DNA from: an uncultured Thermoprotei archaeon | GTDB taxonomy: Archaea; Thermoproteota; Thermoprotei; Thermofilales; B15-G2 | Assembly: GCA_965367815.1 (NCBI GenBank) | Contig: CBDUKN010000023.1 | Span: 1-38,518 of the forward strand | Length of the DNA stretch: 38,518 nt | Direction of reading: 5' to 3' | Part shown: piece after piece, positions 37,061 through 38,518 of the stretch | How the letters are laid out: every line of letters begins with the position of its first letter | Numbering within the stretch: position 1 is the first letter of the stretch | Made by a program: the position numbers and the translations under genes | Notes under the pieces: generated by a model | What the model saw: the letters and a program-made list of their open reading frames with translations, nothing else | The model's database searches: none | What the model was told of the DNA's origin: nothing

Positions 37061-38422
37061 GTGAAAATAGAAAAAATAGTTTCTCGTCTAAAGGAATTCA
37101 TACTAGAGAGAGCTTTTAAAACAGGTCTTCCCAGCATAGCTATCTCACTCATAGTTGACGGAAAAGTAGTATACGAGAAAGGCTTTGGGTACCGAGACTT
37201 AGAAAACGGTTTACCAGTTACTCCTCAAACAATATACGGCATAGGCTCTGTAACTAAGTCTTTTACAGCACTAGCCATAATGCAGCTATATGAGAAAGGG
37301 CTATTGAGCCCAGACGACCCTGCTGAAAAATATCTTCCATTCGAGCTAAAAGTTAAAGGCGAGCCCGTAAAAATACACCATTTGCTTACACATTCTTCAG
37401 GCATACCAGCTCTCGCCTACGCGGAAGCATTGATAAGAGGATACATAGGCGAAACAGACTACTGGCTTCCAATAGTCAGCTACGAAGAACTCTTTGCTTT
37501 CTTAAGGAAAGCATCCGAGTGGGCTGCTGCTAAGCCGGGAGAAAAATTCTTTTACCTCAATGAAGGCTATGTTCTCTTAGGGTATATTATCGAAAAATTA
37601 AGTGGAGTCAAGTATGAAGAATACTTGAAAAAGAATATTTTTAAGCCGCTCGAAATGGAAAATACTCTATTCATAGGCGAATGTCCCAAAGGAAAAGAAA
37701 TCGCTGTACCTTACATAATTTACGAAGGAGAGAAAATCAAGAAAAACTATCCTCAAGGAATAACTGCTGACGGCGGCATACTAAGCTGTGTAAGAGATCT
37801 CTCAAACTACTTACTAATGTACATGAACAAAGGGGTATTCAAAGAAAGAGAAATAGTGTCGGCGAAGACTATAGAAGAAATGACTAAACCTCACGTACCT
37901 ATACCCTACTCTATTTTCGAGAAAGACGGCTACGGCTATGGTTGGCGGATGACAAACTTCTTCGGACACAAGCTAGTGAGACATAGCGGCTCAATACTAG
38001 TATCAACAGCTTTCGCGGGATTCATACCTGAGAAAAAGACTGGCGTAGTAGTACTTGCAAATGCGAGCGGCTACCCGCTTTCATATATAGGAATGTATGC
38101 TTTGGCATTAATAATAGGCAAAGACCCCGAAGAAGAACTATATTTCATTAAAGCAGACAAAATACTAGACACTATACAGGGAGTATATGAGACTTATAAA
38201 GGAACTATGAAAATAAATGTAGTTAGAAAAGGAGACGTAATTTACTTAGAAAGAAAGGGTAAATATACTCCACTAAATGTTCCCCTAATACTCGACAGAA
38301 TCGAAGAAAATAAAGCAGTATTTAGAGCGCCTGGAATAGCTTCAAAACTAGAAGTAGAGTTCTACATCGAAGACAATAAAATAGAAATGTTCTATGAGCG
38401 CTATAAGCTAGTTAAAAAATAA
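37061..38422 (+). CDS. Serine hydrolase, beta-lactamase/S12 family (Pab87/CubicO-like peptidase)
   Basis: IGSVTKSFT (SxxK), LLTHSSG, YLN, HSG; C-terminal beta domain like the Pab87 octamerisation domain. Confidence 0.9.
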   Translation: MKIEKIVSRLKEFILERAFKTGLPSIAISLIVDGKVVYEKGFGYRDLENGLPVTPQTIYGIGSVTKSFTALAIMQLYEKGLLSPDDPAEKYLPFELKVKGEPVKIHHLLTHSSGIPALAYAEALIRGYIGETDYWLPIVSYEELFAFLRKASEWAAAKPGEKFFYLNEGYVLLGYIIEKLSGVKYEEYLKKNIFKPLEMENTLFIGECPKGKEIAVPYIIYEGEKIKKNYPQGITADGGILSCVRDLSNYLLMYMNKGVFKEREIVSAKTIEEMTKPHVPIPYSIFEKDGYGYGWRMTNFFGHKLVRHSGSILVSTAFAGFIPEKKTGVVVLANASGYPLSYIGMYALALIIGKDPEEELYFIKADKILDTIQGVYETYKGTMKINVVRKGDVIYLERKGKYTPLNVPLILDRIEENKAVFRAPGIASKLEVEFYIEDNKIEMFYERYKLVKK

Positions 38423-38449
38423 TAGCTACATAAAATGTATCTATTATTT

Positions 38450-38518
38450 CTGTCTCTTATACACATCTGACGCTGCCGACGAATTAGACGGTGTAGATCT
38501 CGGTGGTCGCCGTATCAT
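38450..38518 (-). other. Tn5 mosaic end + Nextera i5 index + P5 adapter (sequencing artefact)
   Basis: CTGTCTCTTATACACATCT (38450-68), GACGCTGCCGACGA, ATTAGACG (reverse complement CGTCTAAT, as in S510), GTGTAGATCTCGGTGGTCGCCGTATCAT. Confidence 0.99.

Noticed and set aside
51-38468. 19-bp terminal inverted repeats suggesting a giant transposon or linear element
   Set aside because: They are Tn5 mosaic ends embedded in complete Illumina adapters with indexes

Overview
A 38.5-kb AT-rich archaeal contig. Gene families and codon style suggest a (hyper)thermophilic Thermoproteota, possibly Thermofilaceae-like (inference). Both ends are untrimmed Illumina Nextera adapters. Intact genes: an AbrB-VapC toxin-antitoxin pair, an ArsR-type regulator, a URO-D/MtaA-family protein, an HhH-GPD protein, an M1 peptidase, a 1056-aa surface metalloprotease with a FecR-like domain and polyproline tail, a cytoplasmic GH9, an archaeal ATPase, a NEW3-repeat protein with an ABC exporter, a 1358-aa anchored GH2 with two CBM60-like modules, the di-myo-inositol-phosphate genes (DIPPS, MIPS, IPCT), an MFS transporter and a Pab87-like serine peptidase. 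About nine pseudogenes lie between them. Most notable: (i) a strong CC->T / GG->A mutational signature in the pseudogenes, (ii) a hidden ~810-codon pilin-like gene with duplicated GATase-like domains, (iii) a family of TM-basic-polyproline surface proteins and an old duplication that includes one tail, and (iv) a candidate A-AAA-AAT -1 frameshift. No rRNA, tRNA, CRISPR array or transposase was recognised. All calls are from motif reading by eye; no searches were run.
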